Part shown: positions 38,800 to 47,940 of the stretch, in pieces
How the letters are laid out: every line of letters begins with the position of its first letter
Numbering within the stretch: the first letter of the stretch is position 1
Source: Candidatus Cloacimonadales bacterium
GTDB lineage: Bacteria; Cloacimonadota; Cloacimonadia; Cloacimonadales; JAIOQZ01
Reading direction: 5' to 3'
DNA: 64,000 nt
NCBI GenBank assembly: GCA_963662655.2
Contig: CAXXTU010000002.1
Coordinates: 1,344,001 to 1,408,000, forward strand
The notes under the pieces: generated by a model
Told to the model about the DNA's origin: nothing
The model's input: the letters and a program-made list of their open reading frames with translations, nothing else
The model's database searches: none
Program-made: the position numbers and the translations under genes

Positions 38800-40601
38800 A
38801 GAAACTTGCGCTGATCCCTGATAAGCCCGGCGTCTATCGCATGCGAAACGCCGACGGCGAGATCATCTACGTGGGGAAAGCGCTCAATCTCAAGAATCGC
38901 GTAAAGTCCTATTTCACCGGAACTCCCGCAGATGAAAAGACACGCAGTCTCGTGGAAAACATCGCCGACTTCGATTATATCATCACCGTCAGCGAGTACG
39001 AAGCGCTGGTTCTGGAAGCGAACCTGATCAAGCAGCACAGACCGCACTACAACATTCGCCTGAAGGACGACAAGCAGTATCCCTTTATCCGCATCACCAT
39101 GGGAGAGCCCTTTCCAAGAGTTTACGTCACGAGAGAGCAAGTGAAGAATGGATCACGGTACTTCGGACCCTACACGGATTCCAGGGCCGTCAGGAGAACA
39201 ATTCGCCTGATCGAGTGGATTTTCCCCGTGCGGAACTGCACTCGTGAAATCCCCGAGGACGCCGTGATCTACGAGCGTCCGTGCATGAATTATCAGATGG
39301 GGAAGTGTCCCGCTCCGTGCGTCGGTTACATCAGCAAGCAGGACTACCGGCAAACGATATCGCAGATCATACGCTTTCTGCAAGGGAAAGATCAGGAGGT
39401 CGTAGAGGGAATCCGGCAGAAGATGCAGGAGTTTTCTGACAAACTCGAGTTCGAGAAGGCCGCCAACATGCGGGATCGTCTTCAGCATATCGAATCGCTG
39501 ATGAAAAGCCAGAATGTGTTCTTCTCGGACGGCAAGGATCGCGATGTCGTTGGGCTGTATATCGAAGGCAACCGGGCTGTTATCTCGGTGCTCAAAGTTC
39601 TCTCCGGGAAGCTTCTCAATCGCGAGCTCCACGAACTGGAGAACGCAGAGGAGAAAACGGAAGCGCAACTCCTGACAGCATTCCTCCAGCAGTATTATTC
39701 CGCGATGATCGACCGAAACGGGATCGAGAATTTACCCTACCGGATCTACCTCCAGAGCGAGCCGGAGGACTTCGACGTACTGAACGGCTGGCTGAGGAAC
39801 AAGCTGCTCGTTCCCCAGCGGGGAGACAATCGAAAGCTGATGCTCATGGCGCGGGAAAACGCATTCAACTACGTCGAAGAGATGAAACTCCGGTATCTGC
39901 GCAAGAAGAACCGCACCATTTTCCCCATCCAGGAACTGAAGGATCGTCTCGGACTCCCGCAGCTCCCGCGGAAGATCGCATGTATCGATATCTCAACCAT
40001 TCAAGGCTCCGACACCGTTTCATCGCTGGTTTTCTTTGAGAACGGCAAGATGAAGAAGCGGCATTACCGCCACTACATCATGAAAACCGTGCAGGGGCAG
40101 GATGATTTTGCCAGTATGGGAGAGACTCTCACGCGCTATCTCGCGAAGATCGATGAGCAGGAAAAGCCGGATTTAATCGTTATCGACGGTGGAAAGGGGC
40201 AGTTGAATCGCGCCTATGGCGTTCTGCAGAAATCCGGCGTGGAGGGGATCGAGATGATCTCGCTCGCAAAACGCATAGAGGAAGTGTTCCGTCCCGGGAA
40301 AAGCGAATCCGTTATCCTTCCACGGTCGTCGTCGGGACTCAGGTTACTCATCCGCGTTCGTGACGAAGCGCACCGGTTCGCGATTACCTTCCACCGCAAG
40401 CAGCGCTCCATGCGGACGCTCGTCAGTGAGCTGGACAACATCAAGGGGCTCGGTAACGAGAAGAAGTTTCTGCTGCTCAAGACGTTCGGCTCGGTCGAGA
40501 ACATCCGACAATCGTCCAGCGAACAACTCACGCAAGTCCCTGGAATAGGCGAAAAGACCGCGAAGTACATCATCGAATCGCTAAGCTCCGGGAAATCCTG
40601 A
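38781..40601 (+). CDS. uvrC: Excinuclease ABC subunit C
   Basis: PGVY, IYVGKA.NL..RV.SYF, DIS, PDLIVIDGGKGQL, RDEAHRFAI, HhH. Confidence 0.97.
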   Translation: MENKFLKKLALIPDKPGVYRMRNADGEIIYVGKALNLKNRVKSYFTGTPADEKTRSLVENIADFDYIITVSEYEALVLEANLIKQHRPHYNIRLKDDKQYPFIRITMGEPFPRVYVTREQVKNGSRYFGPYTDSRAVRRTIRLIEWIFPVRNCTREIPEDAVIYERPCMNYQMGKCPAPCVGYISKQDYRQTISQIIRFLQGKDQEVVEGIRQKMQEFSDKLEFEKAANMRDRLQHIESLMKSQNVFFSDGKDRDVVGLYIEGNRAVISVLKVLSGKLLNRELHELENAEEKTEAQLLTAFLQQYYSAMIDRNGIENLPYRIYLQSEPEDFDVLNGWLRNKLLVPQRGDNRKLMLMARENAFNYVEEMKLRYLRKKNRTIFPIQELKDRLGLPQLPRKIACIDISTIQGSDTVSSLVFFENGKMKKRHYRHYIMKTVQGQDDFASMGETLTRYLAKIDEQEKPDLIVIDGGKGQLNRAYGVLQKSGVEGIEMISLAKRIEEVFRPGKSESVILPRSSSGLRLLIRVRDEAHRFAITFHRKQRSMRTLVSELDNIKGLGNEKKFLLLKTFGSVENIRQSSSEQLTQVPGIGEKTAKYIIESLSSGKS

Positions 40602-40635
40602 ATCCCTTTTTTACCAATCTGCAAACCCGGGCTGC

Positions 40636-40816
40636 GCGGCGGGGCGGCGTTGTGCGCTGCGCGCACTTACAAGATTCAGGAATGATTCTGCGGAATCATT
40701 CCTGAATCTTGCGAAGCCCGAAAAGAAACCCCGCACGAATCGCAGTTCGTTAAAGTTCATTCCAACCTTGTCGCGATTCGTGTGGGGTGAAGAGGGCTTC
40801 AACGCCGCCCCGCCAC
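40636..40816 (-). repeat. Four-way-junction structured repeat, copy C (inverted; closest to copy A)
   Basis: Minus strand: P1 GTGGCGGGGCGGCGTT/AACGCCGCCCCGCCGC, P2 GAAGCCC/GGGCTTC, long perfect P3, P4 GTGCGC-GCA-GCGCAC. Confidence 0.8.
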
Positions 40817-40942
40817 TCGGGTGGTGACCTGCATCAAAGGTCGGCAGCCTACTCGAGGCTACCAGAAAAAGGCAATTGCTCCCCAGATGATCGCACTCGC
40901 GATGATGAAAGCGCCAACGCTCTTCTTCTTCATGGATCGCTC

Positions 40943-41839
40943 CTAAAACTGTTTTGCTTTCAGGTTTTGTTCTTTCAGACGCTTGATAATGCCGTCGTCT
41001 CCAACCAGATGAAACGAGCCGACAATCACGAAATAGGTGTGATCTTCTTCATTGTTGGCAAAACCTGCAATTTTCTTGAGCATCTCGTTATCTCTATCGG
41101 TGAATAGATTACCATAGTAATCCATCATTCCCGGGAGCTCTTTCGCCGCCTCTTTCATTTTGCCTTTGGAAAGCTTGTCGAGGACCTCGGCATCGCCCGT
41201 CTTCCAGGCTTCGAGCATCTCCCCGAAAAACTCATCTATCTTGTCATAGTCGTCGATAGAATAGCTCAGGTAATCCACCTGGACCGAATCGGGCAGGGAT
41301 GACAGCATCTGCATCTGAGACATTATAGTTTCCAGCTCGATGATCGGCATATTCTTCTCGTGCGCCTTCGCCAGATAGTGCATGTCAACGCCTAACTCAG
41401 CCTGGAGACCTAACTTTTGCAAGAGCCCCATTCCCAGACTCATGCTGACAAACCACGGACGGAACATATCCATCTGCGCTTGCGGGATACCGATTCCCTC
41501 CATCTTCTCCGTCAGTGACCTGTAAACCTTGGGATCGAGCATGTCATGCAACCGGTTTTCACCCTTCAATAGCGCGTTCTCGACAATGAACTGTTGCAAT
41601 TGAGCCTGATCGATCGTCGAGGCGTCTAGCTCCACAACCAGCACGTCCGAATCCTCGAACGCCTTGGGTATCGCCGGATTGAGCGGATACGCATCTTCCG
41701 GCATCAAGTGGATCGACCCCAGTAAATAAACCTTGTTCTTTCCCCCCTGGACTTCGTAAAGCATGCACTCTGCGAACATTGCCGATACAAGCAGTAACAT
41801 CACCGCCGTAACGAGCAGGAACCTCATTCTTCTGTTCAT
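40943..41839 (-). CDS. TraB/GumN family periplasmic protein
   Basis: VYLLGSIH, LVVE, RPW, GVD, LET, DRDNEM, VGSFHLVG. Confidence 0.9.
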   Translation of the reverse strand: MNRRMRFLLVTAVMLLLVSAMFAECMLYEVQGGKNKVYLLGSIHLMPEDAYPLNPAIPKAFEDSDVLVVELDASTIDQAQLQQFIVENALLKGENRLHDMLDPKVYRSLTEKMEGIGIPQAQMDMFRPWFVSMSLGMGLLQKLGLQAELGVDMHYLAKAHEKNMPIIELETIMSQMQMLSSLPDSVQVDYLSYSIDDYDKIDEFFGEMLEAWKTGDAEVLDKLSKGKMKEAAKELPGMMDYYGNLFTDRDNEMLKKIAGFANNEEDHTYFVIVGSFHLVGDDGIIKRLKEQNLKAKQF

Positions 41840-42711
41840 CGTTTCCTCCCTAAAAGATTTTTCTTTGCCTTAATGAAAAACTCGAAATTGGAATGGTAAC
41901 TTACAATGCTGGAGCGTATTCCGTCGAGTCGCTCCTTCTCGTCGCCTGTGCCGAACACGTAAGGGTAAAGCTCCGTCAGATTCGCCTCGTTCAGCGTCCC
42001 GTTGTACAGGATCAACGAGATGAACGGGTCCTTGATCCACACGCTGTGAATCAGCTCGTGGCCGTCGCTGCTGATGAGCGCAATCAACGACTCGACCGCG
42101 TCCTTGACCAGCACCATCCAGTGCCCTTCCAGCGCTTCCAGCACGAAAGCCTTGTTCAGAGCTCGGATCTGGCGAACATTGTCGAACTGCCTCTCGCAGT
42201 AGTTCTTCAGAATGACAACCGTCTCGCTGCTTCCCTTCTTCCTGATATGCTCGTCGAGCACGGAAAGCGGGGCCGGAAAGCAGTCGATCAGCAGTTGCTC
42301 CTCAGCGCTCTCGATCATCCCGATCGCCTTCTCGTAGGCCAAGTCCAGCGACTGCAGTTCGTAGATTCCGTCGATCGACTGGTTGACATCGAGCTTGTTC
42401 ACCTCATTGACGATGCGATCCCGCTGACGCTGAAACTCCCTCTCTAACTTGTTGAGGTACTGCCCGGCAGGTACAGCTTCGAAAACGGTTTTGCTGGTCG
42501 TATTGTCGCTAATAACCGCGCCTTTCCCTTCCAGGCTCTTGAGTGCTTTGTACGTATTCGCGACAGGCTTGCCGATCTCCCCGGAAATCCGGTAGCCGGT
42601 GCTGCGCTTGTTTTGCAGCAACCAGACATAGATCGTCGCTTCGAGCTCGCTAAGCCCCATCTCCCGTAGAAGACCCGTCAAACGCTTATTTCCAGCCATT
42701 GCATATTCCAT
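41836..42711 (-). CDS. TrmB-family transcriptional regulator
   Basis: GLSELEATIY..LL...TGY.IS...YKALKSLEGKGAV HTH plus an effector domain. Confidence 0.85.
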   Translation of the reverse strand: MEYAMAGNKRLTGLLREMGLSELEATIYVWLLQNKRSTGYRISGEIGKPVANTYKALKSLEGKGAVISDNTTSKTVFEAVPAGQYLNKLEREFQRQRDRIVNEVNKLDVNQSIDGIYELQSLDLAYEKAIGMIESAEEQLLIDCFPAPLSVLDEHIRKKGSSETVVILKNYCERQFDNVRQIRALNKAFVLEALEGHWMVLVKDAVESLIALISSDGHELIHSVWIKDPFISLILYNGTLNEANLTELYPYVFGTGDEKERLDGIRSSIVSYHSNFEFFIKAKKNLLGRKR

Positions 42712-42732
42712 TAGTAGTGATTCACTACTAAT
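42710..42732. promoter_or_regulatory. Perfect palindromic operator overlapping the TrmB-like gene start and promoter
   Basis: ATTAGTAGTGA-T-TCACTACTAAT; minus-strand TTGACA at 42753-58 and TATTAT at 42731-36. Confidence 0.65.
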
Positions 42733-42805
42733 AATAGGATGGCCGAATTACTTGTCAATCATTTTCTGCGAGAGGCTCGATGAAATGCGCTAAGAAAGTT
42801 TATTC

Positions 42806-42889
42806 CTGCCAGCGTCCCAGTTGGCGATCGTAGTAGCGGGTGCCGTAGTGGTACCAGTTGAGGTAGAAGTCGCCCTCCAGTTCCTTGCC
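42806..42889 (-). pseudogene. Rhs core fragment (degenerate direct repeat of 44451-44534)
   Basis: Translates GKELEGDFYLNWYHYGTRYYDRQLGRWQ. Confidence 0.8.
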
Positions 42890-42939
42890 ACAATCTAGCA
42901 GTTTTCGAGCTTCGCAAATCATGATAGAAGCAACTTGAC

Positions 42940-43896
42940 CTATTCTACTTTTTCGAGGATTATAATCGAATTAAATAAACTCCTAAGAATAACTATATCT
43001 TCTGATGTAAAGCGCCCAATAGGAGATGCTCCGTTTCTTACATTGGTTAGCTCCTCAAACTCGATCTTACACTCACTAACAGCTTGTTCGTTTATTGAAA
43101 AAAAGTGCTCTATTCCTTCTCGTGGAACATTATAAAAATCCATAAAAGTCGGATCATTGATTATTCTTAAAGAGTTAACTGCTTTCATCATGGCAAGTTT
43201 TGCTGCTTGATTCTTTCCAGACTGATAGTGACATAGAGAAAGGGCAAGAAAGTATGACACAGAGTATTCAAATTGATCCAAAGTTTTGATACTACTGATT
43301 GATGATTCTAAATAGATGGCAGCTTGTTCATATTCTCCAAGACTATAATATGCCCATCCTCTCATGTATTGCAGAAAAGGAAATACGCCATCATCTTGAG
43401 AGCAATTCATTCGTTCGATTCTCAAAATAATCTCATGATATTTCTCATCAACATTCAACACTTTTAAGAGTAATATTTGATCCGAAATATTTCTTGATAC
43501 TTTTTCATTGAACAGCTTAGAATAGCTCTCTTTCTCAGCATTTTTACCTAAATATGCAGTCACGCCAATTAGTTTTGCGAGTACTGCCGTTGTATTAGAA
43601 ATGTAAGGAATACCATCTTTAAGAACATCGTATGATTTTTGCAAAATATCTTGGAAATTATACACATTGGCAAGCCACATGTATGGTGTGTCTTTCTGTG
43701 GAAATAAGCTTATCATCTCGCTTAATGTATTTTTCAACTTTACTGTGTCCCCATCTAGTTCATAGCTTATTGCTCTCGATAAATATTCATGGTACCCATC
43801 TTCTTGAGATGCCTCTAGGTTTAATACGCAAGCACTTACTACAATAGCAAAAATTAATACATTCTTGTATATCTTATCCATATCAAGCTCCATCAC
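42940..43896 (-). CDS. AT-rich TPR-repeat protein with signal peptide; putative immunity protein
   Basis: Coupled to the Rhs-CT stop; TPR-like YMRGWAYYSLGEYEQAAIYLE; low GC. Confidence 0.55.
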   Translation of the reverse strand: MMELDMDKIYKNVLIFAIVVSACVLNLEASQEDGYHEYLSRAISYELDGDTVKLKNTLSEMISLFPQKDTPYMWLANVYNFQDILQKSYDVLKDGIPYISNTTAVLAKLIGVTAYLGKNAEKESYSKLFNEKVSRNISDQILLLKVLNVDEKYHEIILRIERMNCSQDDGVFPFLQYMRGWAYYSLGEYEQAAIYLESSISSIKTLDQFEYSVSYFLALSLCHYQSGKNQAAKLAMMKAVNSLRIINDPTFMDFYNVPREGIEHFFSINEQAVSECKIEFEELTNVRNGASPIGRFTSEDIVILRSLFNSIIILEKVE

Positions 43897-44666
43897 TATT
43901 CAATATCTTCTGTATTGACATCATTCACAAATTCATCGTCTACTTGTCCCCGAATTATCGATAATAAATCACCTTGTAATCGTTGAATAAATAATGATAA
44001 CAGATCAGGTAGGCCAGATCTAGGATCCCAATCTGCAGCCGGACTGACAATATCGTAAGCTCCAAGCTCTAATGTTGCTCGAGTTCTATTAATATACTGT
44101 GCGTTACCAAGATTTCGTTTCGCTTCATATGCGTTAATCCCTATTGAATGCTCTATAGCTCGATCAGCTAAGATTTTTGCATCAACGGACATATTTAACA
44201 AAATCCCCGTCACCTTAGATTTGCTTGATATTCCAGAAACTTTAAACGAATTCATTTCGTATTTTAAATTGGCCCTCATGTCTACTGATTCTTCTGAAAG
44301 AAAGGTTTCGTAATAGCTTAATACATTATCAATTGCCTTGAAATATCCCGTTGTAGTATATGTCTCATTTCCATCGGGATCAATCTTGTTCACCGGGTTA
44401 TTCCCTACACATACATACGGACTATGGAACTCATCGGCGGGGTCCACCTGCTGCCATCTGCCAAGCTGCGGATCGTAGTAGCGCGCGCCGTAGTGGTACC
44501 AGTTGAGGTTGAAGTCGTCCTCCAGCTCCTTGCCGCTGTAAGTGTACTTGGTCTCCGGGCTGCCGGTAACATGGCTTAGGCCAGCCATCTTCATCCCGAA
44601 CGGATAGTAGTGGTCTTCCTGCATGATGGTCAATCCACTACCGGCTCTGTCCTTCTTGAAGCTCAT
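43896..44666 (-). CDS. Orphan Rhs-repeat core plus variable C-terminal toxin domain
   Basis: YYPFG, YTYSGKE, YHYGARYYDPQLGRW..VDP, PYV.VGNNPVNKIDPDG, then an AT-rich C-terminal domain. Confidence 0.8.
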   Translation of the reverse strand: MSFKKDRAGSGLTIMQEDHYYPFGMKMAGLSHVTGSPETKYTYSGKELEDDFNLNWYHYGARYYDPQLGRWQQVDPADEFHSPYVCVGNNPVNKIDPDGNETYTTTGYFKAIDNVLSYYETFLSEESVDMRANLKYEMNSFKVSGISSKSKVTGILLNMSVDAKILADRAIEHSIGINAYEAKRNLGNAQYINRTRATLELGAYDIVSPAADWDPRSGLPDLLSLFIQRLQGDLLSIIRGQVDDEFVNDVNTEDIE

Positions 44667-45094
44667 ACGCGTGTTCCCCAGTCTCGTTTCACTTTCATCA
44701 AATGACCATAACAGGTTTATCCTCTTTATTCTGCTTATTGATGGTCATTTGATGCCTTTGGTGTCGTAGATGAATTCATATTCACCTCTGTTCTCATTAT
44801 AACTGAGGCGCTCCTCCGGTGTAAAGATAAATTTAATTTTATCGTGATTGCGTACAGCATTTGCCTATTCATGGTAATGGTAGCAGGGGGGAATTTTCAT
44901 TCAGCCATTCTCACTCCTCACATCACACTGCATCGCAAGCCCATAAGGGTGCCAGGAACACCCTTTCTTCACATATTATAAACAACTAAAACACATACAA
45001 ATAATGTAAAAAAACGTCCTCGGAGGGATTTTCCTTGACGCAAAAACCGCAAAAAGAAATTTGAGGGAAATAATATACGCAAAGGAGAACTGGA

Positions 45095-46408
45095 ATGAGC
45101 AAGAAAGTCTTAATCATGGGCGCTGCCGGTAGAGATTTCCATAATTTCAACGTTTACTATCGTGATAACAAGGACTATGAAGTCGTAGCATTTACCGCTA
45201 CTCAGATTCCTGATATCGACGGAAGAAAATACCCGGCCGAACTGGCTGGAGGACTGTACCCTGAAGGTATCCCAATCTACGCTGAAAGCGATCTCGTGAA
45301 GCTTATCAAAGAAAACAATATCGATCAGGTTGTATTCTCATACAGCGACGTCCCGCACGAAGTCGTGATGCACAAGGCATCTCTGGTCAACGCTGTTGGC
45401 GCAGAATTCATCCTTCTCGGCGCACGCCAGACCCAGGTTAAAACAGAGAAACCTCTGGTAACCATCTGTGCGACCCGTACAGGTTGCGGCAAGAGCCAGA
45501 CTACCCGCGCGGTTGTCAAAGCCCTCAAGGCCAAAGGCAAAAAAGTTGTCTCGATCCGCCACCCCATGCCTTACGGTGACCTCGTGGCTCAGAAAGTACA
45601 GCGCTTCGCTGAACTCGAAGACCTCAAGAAACACAAATGCACCATCGAAGAAATGGAAGAGTACGAGCCGCATATCGCCATGGGCAGCGTGATTTACGCT
45701 GGCGTCGATTACGAAGCGATCCTCCGCGAAGCGGAAAAAGAAGCCGACGTCATCATCTGGGACGGCGGAAACAACGACATTTCGTTCTACTGCTCCGACA
45801 AGATGGTCAACATCGTCGTCGTCGATCCTCATCGCCCCGGCCATGAAGTAAGCTACCACCCAGGCGAAACCAACCTCAACCTCGCCGACGTAGTTGTGAT
45901 CAACAAGATCGATTCCGCCGACATGGACGACATCCTCGAAGTCCGTGACAACATCCGCGAAATCAATCCGGACGCAATCGTCATCGACGGCGCATCTCCG
46001 CTTACCGTTGACAAGCCCGAACTGATCAAGGGCAAAAACGTCCTCGTCGTTGAAGACGGTCCTACCCTCACCCACGGTGAGATGACCTACGGCGCTGGCG
46101 TTGTCGCAGCAGAGAAATACGGCTGCGCAGACCTCGTTGATCCTCGCGAATGGGCCGTTGGCACCATCGACGAAACCTTCGTCAAGTACCCGGAAATCGG
46201 AATCCTTCTTCCGGCAATGGGCTATGGCGAACAACAGGTCAAGGACCTCGAAGAAACCATCAACGCTGTCGAATGCGACGCTGTCGTCATCGCTACCCCG
46301 ATCGACCTCAACCGCGTTTGCAAGATCGACAAACCGACCGTCCGCGTTAGCTACGATCTCCAGGAGATTGGCAAGCCGACCATCGCTGACGTCCTCAAAG
46401 ATTTCTAA
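45095..46408 (+). CDS. ArcE-like arginine synthetase (family often annotated as GTPase / cyclic 2,3-diphosphoglycerate synthase)
   Basis: MGAAGRDFHNFN, FTATQIPDI, RTGCGKSQT, RHPMPYGDL, CTIEE.EEYEPH, WDGGNND, VEDGPTLTHG, LPAMGYG. Confidence 0.8.
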   Translation: MSKKVLIMGAAGRDFHNFNVYYRDNKDYEVVAFTATQIPDIDGRKYPAELAGGLYPEGIPIYAESDLVKLIKENNIDQVVFSYSDVPHEVVMHKASLVNAVGAEFILLGARQTQVKTEKPLVTICATRTGCGKSQTTRAVVKALKAKGKKVVSIRHPMPYGDLVAQKVQRFAELEDLKKHKCTIEEMEEYEPHIAMGSVIYAGVDYEAILREAEKEADVIIWDGGNNDISFYCSDKMVNIVVVDPHRPGHEVSYHPGETNLNLADVVVINKIDSADMDDILEVRDNIREINPDAIVIDGASPLTVDKPELIKGKNVLVVEDGPTLTHGEMTYGAGVVAAEKYGCADLVDPREWAVGTIDETFVKYPEIGILLPAMGYGEQQVKDLEETINAVECDAVVIATPIDLNRVCKIDKPTVRVSYDLQEIGKPTIADVLKDF

Positions 46409-46428
46409 TTATTCCGAAATCATAGAGA

Positions 46429-46459
46429 AGACCCGGTCAAACGATCGGGTCTTTTTTTG
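46429..46459 (+). terminator. Rho-independent terminator
   Basis: AGACCCGGTC-AAAC-GATCGGGTCT followed by a T-tract. Confidence 0.8.
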
Positions 46460-46678
46460 TATCTGAAAATGCTTCATCACTTTGCGTAATGAAAATCCCG
46501 GCAGCATTTCCTTTCATTATTCGCGTAATTTCCCTCGTGAAAAAGAATTGACAAAAACCGGTTAAAAAACAGGTTCGTTTCCTGTATTCGTTTCGTTTTG
46601 CGATTCCGCGAAGCGAATCGTGAATGCGCGATGAGAAACGAACGTAATATATGCAGAAGGAATTGGTTAGATATTTAG

Positions 46679-46984
46679 ATGAAGCAAAACCTGTTCTCAG
46701 CCGACCAGGATAAACGGACAAGTAGCGGTGTCATGAAAGATACAGCATCCGAAAGCAGCAGCGACATAGACTCTCTGCTCGAACGTGTCTCGCTCCTCCA
46801 GGAAGTGGAGATCGCCGAAATGAACGAGACGGACGTGTACAGCTGGAGTCAGGACGGCGAGAAGAATTCCTTTGCGGACATCGCGAATCAGGAGATTATT
46901 TTCAACTGTCCCGAACCGAAGAAGGGATTTTACGCCGTACCTCCCGGCGCAGGAAAAAACAAAACCAGGATGGAAAACGAATGA
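46679..46984 (+). CDS. Divergent GatC-like protein
   Basis: IDSLLERVSLLQEV...EIIFNCPEPKKGFYAVP resembles the GatC C-terminus. Confidence 0.5.
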   Translation: MKQNLFSADQDKRTSSGVMKDTASESSSDIDSLLERVSLLQEVEIAEMNETDVYSWSQDGEKNSFADIANQEIIFNCPEPKKGFYAVPPGAGKNKTRMENE

Positions 46985-47940
46985 AGATATTAATAACTGG
47001 TGGCGCTGGATTCATCGGCTCACACCTCAGCGAAAAGCTACTCGATAGCGGTCACACGGTTGCGATTATCGACAACCTGTCAACCGGAAGCCTTGCCAAC
47101 ATCTCACACCTTATCTCGAACGAAAAATTTTCCTTCACGATCGACACGATCCTCAACCAGACAACCATGGAGAGACTCGTGAAAGATTGCGACCAGATTT
47201 ATCACTTAGCAGCAGCGGTCGGCGTGAAATACATCATCGACAACCCGTTGTTATCCCTGCGAACCAACATCACCGGAACCGAGATTGTTCTCGAGATGGC
47301 AAACAAATACAAGAAAAAAGTCCTTATCACATCGACTTCGGAGATATACGGCAAGAGCGAAAACGTGCCGTTCAAGGAAGAGGACGATCGTCTGCTGGGC
47401 TCGACGCACATCTCCCGATGGAGCTACAGCTCGGCCAAGGCAATCGACGAATTCCTCTCGCTGGCATACTACCGCGAGAAGAAACTTCCCGTTGTCATCG
47501 TTCGCTGCTTCAACACCGTGGGACCCCGCCAGACCGGACAGTACGGAATGGTCATCCCGAAGTTCGTGAAAAACGCGCTTCTCGATCACCCGATCACCAT
47601 CTTCGGCGACGGCGAACAGTCCCGTTGCTTCGCGGACGTTCAGGACGTGACGGACGGACTGATCAAGCTGATGGCGGAGAAGAAAGCGGAAGGCGAAATC
47701 TTCAACATCGGCAACACGGAAGAAGTAAAGATCAAGGACCTCGCGCAGTTGATCAAAGACATGACGGGCAGCAACTCCCGAATCGAGTTTATCGATTACG
47801 CCGACGCTTACGAAGAAGGCTTCGAAGACATGATGCGCAGGGTTCCCGACATATCGAAAATCAAAGAGTTCGTTGGCTACGAACCTCAATACAATCTTGA
47901 TAAAATCCTCGAGAGAGTTATAGCATATTATGAGAAATAA
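46981..47940 (+). CDS. NAD-dependent nucleotide-sugar epimerase/dehydratase
   Basis: ITGGAGFIGSH, STSEIYG, YSSAK, RCFNTVGPRQ. Confidence 0.92.
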   Translation: MKILITGGAGFIGSHLSEKLLDSGHTVAIIDNLSTGSLANISHLISNEKFSFTIDTILNQTTMERLVKDCDQIYHLAAAVGVKYIIDNPLLSLRTNITGTEIVLEMANKYKKKVLITSTSEIYGKSENVPFKEEDDRLLGSTHISRWSYSSAKAIDEFLSLAYYREKKLPVVIVRCFNTVGPRQTGQYGMVIPKFVKNALLDHPITIFGDGEQSRCFADVQDVTDGLIKLMAEKKAEGEIFNIGNTEEVKIKDLAQLIKDMTGSNSRIEFIDYADAYEEGFEDMMRRVPDISKIKEFVGYEPQYNLDKILERVIAYYEK

